This document shows positions 13,789 to 39,048 of a DNA stretch of 64,000 nucleotides, piece by piece. The stretch lies in NCBI RefSeq assembly GCF_009914755.1, contig NC_060931.1; one strand, 5' to 3'. Each line of letters opens with the position of its first letter. The stretch's first letter is position 1. The stretch is from the human T2T-CHM13v2.0 reference genome, Homo sapiens. The notes under the pieces are model-generated. The model did no database searches. It saw only the letters and a program-made list of their open reading frames with translations, and was not told the DNA's origin. Made by a program: the position numbers and the translations under genes.

Positions 13789-15013
13789 ATCACCTAGGAA
13801 ATACCATTCTGGACATAGAACTTGGCAAAGATTTCATAATGAAGGAAACAAAAGCAATTGCGACAAAAACAGGAATTGACAAATGTGAGCCCATTAAATG
13901 AAAAAGCTTCTGCACAGCAAAATAAACTATCAACAGAGTAAACAGACAACCTACAGAATGGGAGAAAATATCTGCAACCTAGGCATTTGATAAAAGGCTA
14001 ATATTCAGAATTTATAAGGAAGTTAAAGAGATTTATAAGCAAAAAAAAATCCAACTCCATTAAAAACAAGGTAAAGAACATGAACAGACACTTTTCAAAA
14101 GAAGACATACATGTGGCCAACAAGCATATGAAAGAATGTTCAACATCACTAATCATTACAGAAATGCAAATCAAAACCACAATGAGATAACTATCTCACA
14201 CCAGTCAGAATGACTATTATTAAAAAGTCAAAAAATAACAGATGCTTGCAAGGTTGTGGAAAAAAATGAAAAGCTTAGACTGCTGGTGAGTGTGTAAATT
14301 AGTTCAGCCTTTGTGGAAAGCAGTGTGGCAATTCCTCAAAGAGCTAAAAACATAATTACCATTCGACCCAGCAATCCCATTATTGGGTATATACTCAAAG
14401 GAATATAAATTGTTCCACCATAAAGACACATGCATGTGTATGTTTATTACAGCCCTGTTCACAATAGCAAAGACAAAATTAACCTAAATGCCCATCAACA
14501 GTATACTGCATAAAGTAAATATGGTACATATACACCATGGAATACTATGCAGCCATAAAAAAGAATGAGATTGAATGAGATCATGTCCTTTGCAGTAACA
14601 TGGATGGAGCTGGAGGCCATTATCCTAAGCAAACTAAAACAGAAGCAGAAAAAACAAATGCCCCATGTTCTCATTTATAAGTGGGAGCTAAACAATGAGA
14701 ACACACATATGCTAGGAGGGAACAATAGACACTGGGGCCTACTTGAGTGTAGAGGGAAGGAGGAAGGAGAGGATCAGAAAAAAATACCTATTGGGTACTA
14801 TGCTTATTACCTGAGTGATGTAATTATCTGTACACCAAACCCCTGTGATATGCAGTTTACCTATATAACAAACCTGCACGTGTACCCCTGAAACTAAAAT
14901 AAAATTTTAAAAGTATTTAAAAAGAGGATGTTATTAGAACATGTTTCTGTCTATATTTCTTCATATAACATGGTTTTACATATGCAGCTACAAAAGGCAA
15001 ATGTAAGCATGCT

Positions 15014-15655
15014 TTTTTTAATTTTTAAAATTTTTATAGATTCAAGAGATACACGTGCACCTTTGTAACATGGATATATTGCATAATGGTGGGGACCAGG
15101 CTTCTGGTGTACCCATCACCCAAATAGTGAACATTGTACCAAATAGGTAATTTTTCAACCTTCACCTCTCTCCCACCCTCTCTCTTTTATTCTTTATTTC
15201 TTTTTTATCTGTCTGACTGGGTTATTTCAAAAGAACTGTCTTCAAATTCTGAAATTTTTTCTTGTTTGAGCTAGTCTATTATTGAAGTTCTTTATTAAGA
15301 ACATCTAAAAAATGTCAATAAAAGCATTACTGCCTCAATCATTCTCTTAATATATCCTTTCAAATCAGAGATTACATTTCTGAATCAAATAAATGTATTT
15401 TTTATTTCTTTCATTAAATTACTTAGTTTCAGAATCTCTGTTTGGTTCTTTCTTATTATATATCTATCTCTCTGGTTAGTTTCTTATTTATATCCTTACT
15501 TGTTTTTCTGATTTCTTTGTATTATTTTTTTGTGTTCTCTTATATCTCACTGAGCTTCTTCAATATCATTATTTTGGATTCTTTTTCAGGCACTTCATGA
15601 ATTTCTTTTTCATTGGACTCTGTTACTGGAGAATTATTATATTCTTTTGGGGTGT
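15014..15655 (-). mobile_element. Ancient L1M fragments
   Basis: T-rich sequence with an L1 3'-end motif (GTACCCATCACCCAAATAGTGAACATTGTACC) and reverse ORF1-like sequence. Confidence 0.55.
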
Positions 15656-16055
15656 TACAGAATGAGAGAGAGGCGATGAGTCACTTTAATGGTGAAGCAC
15701 ATTAAAATCACCTGGGGAGCTTTAAAAAATACCAATGTCCAGGCCATACAACAAATCAATTATTTCAGAACCACTGGCGTAGGATCCAGGCTTCAGGTTG
15801 TTTTTCTTTGTTTGTTTGTTTGTTTCGGTTTCCCATGTGGCTTCACTGTGTAGTCAAAGTTTCCATTTCATTATGGCAAACACACTTTATTCATCCACTG
15901 GGAGCAAAGTGTCAACTAAATCATTCATTGGATTCTGAATGATTAAACTTTATGCTCTAAACTACAGTACATTTTGAAGCCTAGCTGAGCTGCAGTACTT
16001 GTTTTTCCAGGGCTGTCTTTGTGTTCACATCCTCTGCCTTTTAAAAATATCTCCC

Positions 16056-16147
16056 TGGCTGAGATGAGAAGACTGCTTGAGCCTAGGAGTTCAAGACCAG
16101 CCTGGGCAACATGGTGAGACTCTGTCTTAAAAAAAAAAAAAAAAAAA
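16056..16147 (+). mobile_element. Truncated Alu monomer (FLAM-like)
   Basis: GCTTGAGCCTAGGAGTTCAAGACCAGCCTGGGCAACATGGTGAGAC followed by poly-A. Confidence 0.8.
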
Positions 16148-16336
16148 GGAAATGTCTACTTATAGCCTCAAAATATCTTAAGTTCATACGATATTCTACA
16201 GCTTCACAAGAGGCTTTTATTAACTAAGTTAACTTTCCAGTTTCTGTCCTTATAACCCAAAGAGACTATCCAACACAATAAAAAATCTAAAGCTTTAATT
16301 TCCATTTTCTTTTTCTTCATGCTTGCAATTTCTGGG

Positions 16337-16520
16337 CCAGCAGTTCTTAAACTGGGCACCCCAGACCTGCAGCATCAGCATTGCTTGGGATGTAAATTCT
16401 TCATTCTTATACAAAACCTACTAAACCAGAAACTCTGGGGTTGAGACCTAGTAGTCTGCATTTTTAACAAGCCCTACAGGTGATTCTCATGCACTTAATA
16501 TTTAGGAACCACTGCTCTAG
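16337..16520. mobile_element. MER5A-like hAT DNA transposon
   Basis: CAGCAGTTCTTAAAC...AGGTGATTCT...AACCACTG termini. Confidence 0.65.
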
Positions 16521-17668
16521 AGACATTAACTAAAGCAGCCAGTAATTAGAGGCAGAATGTAGGCCAAACCCTTCTCTTTGAGCCTTTTTCCTCATCTGCA
16601 AAATAAGGAGACCAGAAATGTTTGCTAAAGACACTTCCAAGAGTCAAATTTTGTAATTGTGTGAAATTTGATTTGGAAATGTAACATTTGATTTGAAAGG
16701 ATATATTAAGAGAATGGTTGAGGCAGTAATGCTTTTATTGACATTTTCTAGATGTTCAATTTCAAATATGCTCTACATTACCTTCCATCCATTACCCAGA
16801 ACTGCTAAGATGTGTTTGTCTTAAAGCAGCAGGGTGCTGTCTGGGGAGCTCTGAGAATGCACATGTGTGACAGGCTGAGCCTAAAGACTACTGCCTGGTG
16901 TCTGCTCTCCAGTGTCCAGCGTGCTTGTGCACTATCACTCCATGTTGCTGCCCACATGTCCCTGCCAGGCAGGTGTTGGTTGTTATTTGGACACTGAAGG
17001 GTCAGACCTGGAAGATTGGGACTAGAAGATGACGTCTCCATAATTTAAGGTGCTGTACAGAGTTGGTTCAGGTCATAGGACTTGTTCTTTCATCTCATCC
17101 TTCCTCAGAATCCTCCAGCTTTCATCTGGGGATCTTTTCAAATGAAACCACTTGTTATTGTGGAGGGTGAGGTGTCCTAATGCCCCACTCTTAGAACCCG
17201 AGCCAGTCGAGGCAGCTGCATCTATCTGCATGTTTTACCTGTGGAGTCCATACTTGTTGAGCTTTTTGTTTGTCTGTTTGTTTGGCATTGTTTTATTATA
17301 TCATAAAAAGGTTTTCCTCTAAAAAAAAAGTGTTTGTCTTCCATTAACTCCTTTACTGAAACCAACAATTATGAACTTAATGCCCCTGTACAAAAACAAG
17401 ACTAAATTGCCAGAAATGATTTCTATGACTTTTTTTTACTATTGTTCTTTAATGAGAAAGGTGCTAATTTGAGGAATCCTTTGTCAAAGATGAACTTGAA
17501 AACATTTTTGCAAAAGTCAGTGAGTCTTTTCCTTCTGAAATCATTTTCTAACTTTAAAATTACAAAGAAATTCGAGTTAGAAAGAGGCATCCACAAAATA
17601 TGCAGAAGAAGCCTTATTTCCTTTTATAAACAGAAAGGCATATATCTCCTATTTAGAAAGCTACCCTC

Positions 17669-24166
<6,498 letters not shown>

Positions 24167-25088
24167 AGAAAGCCGCCTTCTACCTTTTACAAAATAAGGA
24201 TTCCAGGAAAAGGCAGTAATTTATTCCAAGCTAGACTCCCCTTGTAATTATAACTCAGATGTCTACCCTTTTTCCCAGTTTTCTCTAATGTGTATGCATA
24301 AGCAGATCTGCATTATAGTGTCACAGTCCTCTTGGCTTGAGCACACTGTGGGATCAGATGGTTTTCCCCACTGCTCTTACTGGGTCACTGCTGGCTGCAC
24401 TTCTCACCATGCATTAAATAGTCCACTTAACCAGCTAATATCCCTTCTCTGTTGGAGCTAGGGATAAAATGAGGAATTCCAGCCTCTCCTTCCCTAACCT
24501 TCTGATTCCTTCCGTCTCATTGAGGCACGTTTTCTTTGAAGGTTAGGGAAATTTTCAAAGGGATTAACACCATGGAAACAGGGACAAAGTCCTTTCTAAC
24601 TGGGACTTTGCCAGAGTCCTGCAGGTACAGCATCAGAGCCTGGAGGGCCCTTCTCTTATGTATCCCCCAACCCAAAGAGCCTGGTCCATGGTCTTTCCAG
24701 ATCAATCCCAACCATTTCCCTCAAGCAGCCAGCCCCTACCCACAGGGAACAGTCATAAGTCCTGAATCCATTCTCATTCCAACTGTGTACTTCACCCAAG
24801 TCTGCGTCATTCAGTCTGGAGGGGTCCCAGGGATGCGGCTAGGCTTTTAGCAATGCTGTACTCAGCTTGTACTGCAGGAGCAGGCAACTATCACTGCTGC
24901 TCTTGGTATTGAGGACTACTATGGTCTTGTGTCCTGACTTGCTTCTCAATATTATCTCCAGTATAACCTGTTGGCTTATCATCATGTTGTTTAAGCATGA
25001 GACCTATTAGAATAAGCACATGCATATTTCTCATAGACAGTTATTGCACTTTTTGGAGAAGAGATTAAACAAGAAAATATTTCTTTAA

Positions 25089-25532
25089 TGTTATGAGTTG
25101 AATTGTGTCTCCCGCAAAACTCATATATGAAAGTCCTAACCCCCAGTACCTCCAAATGTTACTTTATTTGGAATATATCTGTCATTGCAGATATACTTAG
25201 ATGAGATGAGGTCATACTAGAGTAGGGTGGGCCCTTAATCCAATATGACTGGTGTCTTTATAAAAGAATGCCATGACTGAGACAGACACACACAGGGAGG
25301 ATGAAGGCAAAAATCTGTACAAGCCAAGAAACACCAAAGATTTCCAGAAAACCACTAGAAATTGGCAAAGAGACATAGAACAGGCTCTTCTGCACAGCCC
25401 TCTGAGGGAAAAACCCTATTGACACCTTAATCTGGGGCTCCTAGCCTCCAGGACTGTCAGACAAGACATTTCTACTGTTTAAGCCACCTAGTTTGTGGTA
25501 CTTTGTAATGGCAGCCCTAGAAAACTAACACA
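25089..25532 (+). mobile_element. MLT1-type MaLR solo LTR
   Basis: TGTTATGAGTTGAATTGTGTC...GCAGCCCTAGAAAACTAACACA; 5-bp flanks TTTAA/CTTAA. Confidence 0.85.
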
Positions 25533-27776
25533 CTTAAGTGTCCATACACTGCTTTTCTCCTCTGAAATTAGGAATTCCATTATTGTGTTTGTGTTCTCCA
25601 CGCCCCTCCATTCCACCCCCAGCCACCATTGCCTTGGGGCCCACCAGAATAACATGAGATGAAATGCCTTTTAACAACTGGTTTGTTACCTGTATCACCC
25701 AAAATGAGCTCTGGACTGATCATTGTTGCAAAGATTCCATTGACTTTTTGGTCATATGAAGTTTTCTTTTGGGTGGGACATGGAGTGAAGAGTGGGGAGG
25801 ATGTGGCCAATATTTCTAATAATGTTAGATGATCTTGGTACTTTAGGCTGCTTTGTTTTTTTTCTAAAAGGCCAATGGCCAGCCAGGAATGATGTGTAAA
25901 GACAGCAATGGAAATTATTAACTGTCTAGCCAACACTGTCACCTATCTTTGACCCTTTTGATGGAACCGAACTTGGGTCAGTGGAGTTGATTGAGATCTC
26001 TTGAAGAGGGCCTCCTAGCAGAGGAGCCCTCTAGCATGCAGTACTCCATGTGTGCCAGAAGGTGTCGCTCCATCACAGCTGGTACTGGAAAGAAAGCCCT
26101 GCTCCTCACTAAATCCATTTCTTTTAAATCTAAGACCAAGTAGTTAGTCAGCTGTGGCCAATTGTGTATTTTCCTCATGTCATTACCCAGAGAAGATATG
26201 ATCAGCTATTCAAATTATGATTAAATTATTGAGGTCATTTTAAAATTAATTTATCTTACAGTCAGGTATTTTAAGATTCTTAGTAAAGTGTGTGTTTATG
26301 CTAGGAACTTTTCAAAGTGGGAGTGGGGGGCAATGTATGTCTTGCTTTCTTTCAGGATAAAGTTGTTCTAGAGATCTAGTTTCCAAGAAGAAATCTGTCA
26401 AAATGTTTTGAAAAAGTAAAGCCAACACTTGGCATTTAAGGGACTGCTTCAGAGACTGGAGCCATGGAGATTGACTGCCTTCATTCACTAGGTGATCTGA
26501 TGGGGGAGGACAATAGTGCACAGAGGTAGGCAGGAAACAGGCTCTAAAGGTATATTTGACTGCTCTCTAGGTATATGGCACACCTTTCCTTAGATTATTC
26601 TCTTCCACTGGGGGAAAATGATCATAATGAATGGCCTTCATAAATACAGAGTTATACGTGCAGAAAGAAAAACACACCTCCTCAACCCAGCCCTTCTGGG
26701 GTGGGCTCTGGACAGACAGAAGTTAATTCTTTAAACTGCTCATCTACTGCTTATAAAGACTAATCTCCAAGAATTTCATTTTGTTCAAAGTAAAGGCAAA
26801 CTGACAATCAGTGCTTCTGCTTGGAGTTTATGTTGCTAAAAAGCAGCCATCAGATTTATACTACCTATTGTTGGAAAGACACTCTAATGGGTCTGATTTT
26901 AAATATATATATATATATAAACAATAGGTTTCTGGTTAAGGCCTGGAAACAGAAAATCAACAAAGAAGAATGGATCTTGATCTGCAAAGTGAAGCACTCT
27001 CTCAGTTGAGGGAAGAGAAAGATGCTGGAGAGGTTGAACTTGGAGAAATGGTTCTCATTCCTCATATGAACTTAGACTCTTCCATCTCTGATTGTTTATC
27101 CTTAAAGGGTGTATATGTGGGGCTGGGAGAAGACATCCATTAGGAGCTTGCAGGAAGGATGAGGAAGAGACACAACCTCATTTCATACCTGTAGAGATTT
27201 CTCAAAGGATACCAGGAGACTTGGAGTGTCAAAGTCCCAGTGGGGCCAATCTGGCAAAGCTCCTCTCCTCGCTCTATGTTAAGATTTGGGAAATTGTTTA
27301 TGGCAAATTATTGTCTTAAGATGCCTGTTGGAGAAGGGATGGGAAATACATTTATCTCTGTTAAGGGGTTTCCTGAAGGATAGGGTTTGATTTCTACTGT
27401 GCGATACTGAAGAAACTCCATTTATTCTCTTTCTGAAGAGAGTGGACACCAAGACCTTTCTGAAGAAGGTAGTAAGTGCCACCTACCCTTTTGCTGAAGG
27501 GAGATGGATTGTGTCCAGGGAAAGCCTTAACTATTTTTTAAAAATCTATAATGAGAACATTTATAATTAATATACAACTTAAGTTTATTTCCCCCTATAT
27601 TGACATTTCCTATAGTCACTCATGGCTCTTTAGTAAAGTTGGTTACAGATTACACAAACAGTCTTTTGTTGGTTATATTATCATTGCCTCTGAAATTCTG
27701 ACCACCCCAGAAATGAAGCACTATAAAAGGACAAGTGGAGATCAGATAGCAGCTCTAGTACTAAAAAACTGACCCA

Positions 27777-28075
<299 letters not shown>

Positions 28076-28086
28076 ACTGACCTTGA

Positions 28087-28440
<354 letters not shown>

Positions 28441-28991
28441 AGACAACCTGGATAATGGGATTGTCTGGAAGGGCCCACTCAAACCATAGATTCATGAGAA
28501 ATAATGACTTGCTCTGGTAAGCCACTAAGTGTAGGGTAGTTTGTTATGCAGCAAAAGGTAACTAAACAGTTTGGGAGGGGGCCACGGTGGGGAGCTGAGG
28601 AGACAGCTCTTGGGCTATATAAAGCTTGTTATGAAGAGCAATAGGTCTGGGGTGGGCCTGCTCTATATTCATCTAAAATATCCTCTTTGGCAGGACAATA
28701 TGAAGAAATTCTGGTATTATTGGCTTGGGTTGACCCTGGGTCCAGTGAATTGTTAGGATCATGACAATTTCCATCCTTCCTTGTCATCATTCCTGGCAAG
28801 ATGGGTGACAACTGTCCCTTTTATAAAAGGGGTCTCTCACTTATCTCCTCTGTAGTCATTCATTTTTAACTCTACTTATCATATATGGTCGCAAATAAGC
28901 TTTGAAGTTCATACAATTGAGAACTTAACATTGAGTCAAGCTCTGCTGCTTTCAAGAGTCAGATGTACCTTGCCTGGAACCTCAATTCTCA

Positions 28992-29446
<455 letters not shown>

Positions 29447-31895
29447 TCATTATCCCTATTTCCCAGAAGAAGATGCTGAATTTAAATAAAGGATTCCAGA
29501 TTTTCCATTACTCAACATTATTTTTCATTTAGAAGCTCATTTATAAGCACTTCTAAATGTCAGTTCTATAACTTAGATAGGTATCTGGTTTCTGAAAACG
29601 AAATTTTGGGTTGAAATGTTTCAGGGAATTTTTTGTTTTATTGGCTGAAAGTGTGGCTTTAAAAAGGCAAATCGGCACCTTTCTCACAATCATAATATTG
29701 CAATTATTTTACATATATATGCACACACGTGTACACATGTATGTACATGTATACACACATACACACACAAAATCTGTAGCAGTTCTGAAAATATAGAAAG
29801 GTTTTGTTAGTGGACCATATGGGGCAGTGAATCTGCAGAAGTTGGTTAAATTATTTCAGCAGGCTTCCCTCACTAGGCATAATGGACTCAATAAAAGGAA
29901 GCGTTGCTGCCACAGATATGAGTCCCCTGCCCAGCTGGAAGTGCCACCTACCCTTTTGCTGCAGGCCATTCACTCCACGGAAAGTCCACCTACTCCCCTT
30001 GCCTGCCCAGTAACTTCTTTCAGGATGGGCCTCAGTATCACTTTAGGTTCCACTGACCACCAAAACTCCCAGCTGCTATTATTTGCCAGTCTAGACTACT
30101 ACATAGAAATCACCTGGGGATTTTGTGAAACTGAAGATTCTGATTCAGTAGTTCTGGGGTGAGGCCCTAGAGTCTAATAAGTTCCCAGGTGACATCAATA
30201 CTACTTGTTCCTGGACCACAGTGAGTAGCAAGGGTCTGGACCAGCATTTTCTAAAATGGGTTTTTGACACTTTATAAATTTAACCATGACAACAAACATT
30301 CATAAATGGAAAGATTTATTCCTAAACACTCCCTCAAAATACAGCTATAAATTCTAGGAAGTCTTATGTCAGTATCAGTAACTATCTTTGAACACTATCC
30401 TTTATTCCCTGGACTTTCCTTTCCATGGCGCTCTTCTGATGAAAAGTTTCCAACTTCTTAAATAAGAGGATGAATCTAACTAAATTCTTTTTGTATTCTT
30501 AATACAATGTTTATGCTTATTTCCTGATTTGATATGGAGTTAGAGTGACTCATCCTGGAGTCCTTGGCATGACAGAACTCAAGTTTCATCTTGTGCTTTG
30601 ATTGCCAAAGAGTTAGCTGCAGCACTTGTTTATAAGTAAATTGTATTTACTTTACTCACTAAGTAAAAATCCAAATAATAAGATCCTATTCATTCACCCT
30701 GGGGGCAGCAAGAGGCACAAAGCCTATCCTAGAGGACAGGATACTTTGGAAACTGGTGGATGGTTTTTAAAAAGAGGTACCTTTCTGCTCATGGCACCTA
30801 TGGTTAATTAGAAAAGAAAGAAAAAATTGCAATGACACAAGTGAGGATGGCTTCTCTTCCACAACCTCTTCACATGCAGGGATGGCAAGCCCAGGCAGAG
30901 AGGAGCTCATTTAAATTCCTGACCTTCCTTGTGCTCTCTGAAGTACAAGGAAGCTGGAGTAGCTGCGAGTAGCTGCAAGCAGCAGCAGCCACAGCCTCTG
31001 GGTTGTTTCCTGACATTCTGGGACAGCTGACAAAGCTGTACATCAAAGGTAGGAGCAGAGACTTGGGGGCAGGCCAAATTAGACAGGAATTTTAGCTCTG
31101 TTGGATGATTTGGGGCAAGTTGCTCACTTTCCTAAACCTGTACAATGGGGATAATAGTATCATCTGCTAGGACTACTGAGAGGATTACATGTGATAATGT
31201 ACATAAAAGATTCAGCAGTGCAAGGATGGGGAAGCTGCTGATTGTATTAATACTATCAAGTATTAATGAATGGTAGCTATTCTTTGTATTAGTATTCATA
31301 CTATTAATCTCTGCTGGGAATGTCTCAACAGCCAGCAGCCAGCTAGCCCAGTCTTGGGGTCTCTCATTTACCTCCCTCTTCCCGCGCTATCAAGAAGCTT
31401 GGGTGGAGGTGGCCTGCCAGGTATTGAGATCTAAAGGGCAGGCTGGATTTAAGACCTCAGAGAACACAGCCACAATGAAAGGCAAGTGATGTGTCAGACA
31501 GGTCTCAGCAAGTTCAAAAACCAACACAAACATGAAGTCAAGTATGGAGCTGGTTTTTTCATTCAGAGGAGACTCACAGATGTGTTGGGGAAGCCTGGGC
31601 AGGGGTGAGCAGGGTGCCTCTGTAGTGCCCACTTATATTTGTAGATGTAATATGGGGGTGGCTAGTGCCATCCTCAGGTCCACAAATTATGCCTCCATCT
31701 CCTTGCTATCATTTTCTCAACATTGCTCATGGTTGCTGAGACTGAAGAGGTGACAATGAATCAAATCTGGGTTCAGATCATGTCTCTGCCCCTTTTTCAA
31801 TTATGTGACTTTGGGGAATTTATCTCTTTGTTTCATTTGGTTTCATCAACTGTGAAATTAGGATTATTCACCTACACTTCAACGTTGTTCATAAC

Positions 31896-31981
31896 TAGAA
31901 TTGCAAGATTTTGACAACAAAACTATAGGACACATAGTTAAATCTGAATTTCAGATATAACCAACAAATTATTTTTAGTAC
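31896..31981 (+). mobile_element. 5' fragment of a MER33-like DNA transposon, cut off at the L1
   Basis: GGACAC..AGTTAAATCTGAATTTCAGATA..CAACAAATTATTTTTAGTA resembles the recalled MER33 left arm. Confidence 0.55.
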
Positions 31982-31993
31982 AAATTTATTTTT

Positions 31994-33189
31994 TGGTTAT
32001 TCTAGTTAGCAATTCCTCTAACCTTTTTTCAAGGTTCTTAGCTTTCTTGCATTGGGTTAGAACATGCTCCTTTAGCATGTTTTTTGCTTTTTATTGTTAC
32101 TCACCTTCTGAAGCCTACTTCTGTCAATTCGTCCAATTTATTCTCCATCCAGTTTTTTCCTTGCTGGCGAGGTGTTGTGATCCTTTGGAGGAGAAGAGGC
32201 GTTCTGGTTTTTGGAATTTTCAGCCTTTTTGCACTGGTTTCTCCCCATCTTTGTGGATTTATCTACCTTTGGTCTTTGATGTTGGTGACCTTTGGATGGG
32301 GTTTCTGAGTGGATGTCCTTTTTGTTGATGTTGATGCTATTCCTTTCTGTTTGTTAGTTTTTCTTCTAACAGCCAGGCTCCTCCGCTACAGGTCTGCTGG
32401 AGTTTGCTGGAGGTCCACTCCAGACCCTGTTTGCTTGTATCACCAGCAGAGGCTGCACAACAGCAAAAAAATTGCTGCCTGTTTCTTCCTCTGGAAGCTT
32501 TATCCCAGAGTGGCATTCATCAGATGCCATCTGGAGCTCTCCTATATGAGGTGTCTGTTGGCCCCTGCTGTGAAGTGTCTCCCAGTCAGGAGACACGGGG
32601 TCAGGCATCCACTTGAGGAAGCAGTCTGACCCTTAGCAGAGGTGGAGCAATGTGCTGGGAGATCTGCTGCACAGAGCTAGCATGCAGGGACATTTAAATC
32701 TACTGAAGCTGTACCCACAGCTGCCCCTTCCCCCAGGTGCTCTGTCCTAGGGAGATGGGAGTTTGATCTATAAGCCCCTGACTGAGGCTGCTGCCTTGTT
32801 TTCAGAGATGCCCTGCCCAGACAGGAGGAATCTAGAGAGGCAGTCTGGCCACAGCGGCTTTGCCAAGCTGTGATGGGCTCCACCCAGTTCACATTTCCTG
32901 GCGGCTTTGTTTACACTGTGAGGAGAAAACCGCCTACTCAAGCTTCAGTAATGGTGGACGCTTCTCCTGCCACAAAGCTCCAACGTCCCAGGTCGACCCC
33001 AGACTGCTGTGCTCGCGGTGAGAATTTCAAGCCAGTGGGTCTTAGCTTGCTGGGCTCCATGGGGGTGGGATCTGCTTAGCTAGACCACTTGACTCCCTGG
33101 CTTCAGCCCCCTTTCCAGGGGAGTGAATGGTTCTGTCTTGCTGGTGTTCTAGGTGCCACTGGGGTATGAAAAAAACTCCTGCAGCTAGC
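31994..33189 (-). mobile_element. Inverted 5' segment of L1PA7-like copy B (5'UTR plus start of ORF1)
   Basis: Reverse-complement homolog of 18064-19257. Confidence 0.92.
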
Positions 33190-36173
<2,984 letters not shown>

Positions 36174-36799
36174 TCAGTAATCATCATTGTTAATATTCTG
36201 AAGTATGTTTTTTGAGGTGTTTTTTCATAAAGTGGTTTAATGGGGATACTTAAAAGTTGCTAGGTGGGGGTTCTCTGTGCATTTTCCCTTCAGTGGCATT
36301 TAAGAAAAGTGCTGCTGGCATTCCATCCACTCATTTTCATCTCTTCCATATCCTTCTTTCTTACCGCTTCTCTTGAAAAATTGCATTCTTTTCTTTATTT
36401 TTTTTTCTTTTTGCCTTTAAGGGATGTTACAGTCTTGCCAGTGCACCACAATGTAGCAATCTCTCATTTTGAGGTATCACCCAGAGCTCTTTGTCTCAGG
36501 ACTAAGAAAATTAAGAAGCATGGACACAAAGGGTGAGGTTGGAGCAAAAGTTTAATAAAGTTTAATAAGCAAAGAAGAAAGCTCTCCACCACTGAGAAGG
36601 GGCCTGGAAGAGAGTTGCCATTTTTACAGTTGAATGCAAAAGCTTTTATAAAAGAGGATAGCTGGGCATTTCATCTGCATAAAGCATGAATTTCTGCTAG
36701 CTCCACCCTGTCCTCCTAGTGTACATGTGGGCCCTTAGCTTGAGGTACTCCAAATTGCTTTGTTCCCCAAAGTATGTGTGAGGGGGGCAGAACTTTGCT

Positions 36800-36871
36800 G
36801 AGCATGTCTGGACAAGTCACCTGTGAAGCCTTTCTTATCTGTGTGGCTGTGGCCATGTCTTAGGCAAGCCG
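36800..36871. promoter_or_regulatory. p53 response elements in the 3' LTR
   Basis: GAGCATGTCT-GGACAAGTCA (36800-36819; 19/20 match to RRRCWWGYYY x2, no spacer) and GGCCATGTCT-t-AGGCAAGCCG (36851-36871). Confidence 0.75.
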
Positions 36872-38953
36872 CCCTGTGCAAGTTCCCTTATATGTGCCTT
36901 CAGGCTGTTCTTTTGTTTGAAAGAATTCAACCAATGACCCACTTTAACTGCCTCCCTGACCTCTTTCTTCCTTTCTCCTGTCTTATTTCCCTCCTCAAGG
37001 GTGGAGACCCTAACTGGTCTTAGGGGGAATGGGGTGATGATTCTTCTAGCTACTTCCTACTGGAAAGGGGCACTGCATGGGGAACAGCAGCTAGGGTTTC
37101 TCCTGGGGCTGGTCTAAGGATTCCTGGAAGAAAGGCATATCCATGTATTGTTTCATTTGCATTACCATTTGGAGTTTGATAGTCTTTAGGCAAGAAGAAA
37201 CAATTTGGGTTATTAGAGGAAACAAGCAGGGGATAAGCACAGCTTAAAAATCCCAAGGCTGCTGACATGTACAGATAACTGGTGGCCACAGTTATGCCCA
37301 CTAAGATTTGAGTGCAAGGGGCTTGGCTTTGGTTAACTTCCTTGGTTTTATTTTCCCAAAGAAACCTCTGGGTTATGGGTACCCTATTTACTCCCATCAC
37401 CTGACAGGATTTGTAGGATAATTGCCAAGAACTAGAATATTCAGATTTGTACATCACCCATCCCTTTTTGCACTTTCTGAGCTGCAGCCAGAGATTGCTG
37501 GTTGGCTTATAGGAATAAGCAGGATTAGTTTAAAATGTAGGCAAAAACTTAAAAACAATCAATGAGAGTAGAATTAATGACAAGCATATGATATGTTTTG
37601 AAACATAATTTTTCTGTCTCTACTCATTTTTGTTAAAAAAACAAATCATGATAGGACTGAGTTGTTTGCAAAATCAACTTTAGTTTTATACTTGGCCTGA
37701 TTATTTGTACAAAGCACAGCAAGAATAATTATTTTTACATAGGTTTTTATATTATCTTTGATGAAACTGTTCCACAGGAATCTCAGAACTTTTTAAAGCT
37801 GAGCCCAGCCATGGGTTTGTACCCTCAAATACCTATGAGTTGGGTGAATTCCTCTCTCCTTGAGGTCCTAAGAACATGGTGTTCCTGGGCCTGTAGAAAG
37901 TGATATTCTTTACTCACCACAGGTTAGGAACCCTGTTCGGGGGCTGTGTAGACAAAGTATGAGGCAGTTTTCCCAAGGGGCTTTCATTGGCTCTGCAAGT
38001 CAAGCTCGATTCCTTAAAGGGAAGCACAGCCTTTAGTCAAAACCTTGAGAAAACAACCAGTTTCTCCAATTGTGTCCTCTTGTAAAAGAAAATGATTCTC
38101 ATTGTGCTGATGCAAATAATTATATTGCCATGAGTTAAGAATACTCACAAATACTTTCCAAGTTCTAGAGGAACCAGAGAGAAACAAATAAATATGCTCT
38201 GAATTTTATTTACAGAAGTATACCTTACATAATTATTAGAGGCTATAAATAGCTTAAAATAAGTTTCCTTGACTCTGAAAAACAAAATAAGGATCAGCAA
38301 CATTTTAAGCAAAAAGGTTAAAAAGTCCATTTTGTTAACTCTTGTTTTGCTTGATATTCATGAATATTTTAGCTCTTCATGAGTCCTGTACATTTTTCCT
38401 TTATTCCAATGTCATAATCTCCAAAGTTATCAGAAACTTGCATTTGAGAGCATGTGTCAAAGTCCTATAGCTGATTATAAACCATCCTTTAAAGAGGATT
38501 AAAACAAGACGATTTTGAATGGTGAAATGTCCAAGGTAGTTAGTCAAGAACATGACTGACAAATTTTATTATTTCTGTGTTTTACAATAACTTAACATAA
38601 TAACCTTAATTATGATTTCTAGCATATACTCAGACATTAGAATTTTAGAAATCCCATACAATTTTGGAAAATATATTAATATTATTCACTAAAATATAAC
38701 CTGAAGATCATTAAACACCATTTGGCCAATCCCATGTACCTAAACATGTTAAATAATCCTGTTTACCTCTCTTCTGGATGCTTCAGGGGCCTTCTGTAGC
38801 ATCCAAAAGCTAGGGGTCAAGAGAGACAATTTTGAAACTGAAGTTTGATTTTGGGAAGTAAATGTTAGAGGTTCAAAACACTTAATATTACAAAATACAA
38901 TTCCAGATTACCATAAGTTATTTATTTTGCCAAAATTAGGACTCAGAAACTTT

Positions 38954-39048
38954 AAGACAAGGCAAAAACCTTTATTCATTAAGAGGGAAGATTTAGCTTT
39001 CCAAACAGTTTGTCTCCTGTCTTCTCATTCTTCTCCCTGGCAGTTTAT
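38954..39048 (-). ncRNA. TP53TG1: TP53TG1 terminal exon (predicted), inside the ERV internal region
   Basis: Minus strand: ttttttatttgccttgcag|ATAAACTGCC acceptor at 39048, AATAAA at 38971-38976. Agrees with my recollection of the transcript 3' end. Confidence 0.72.
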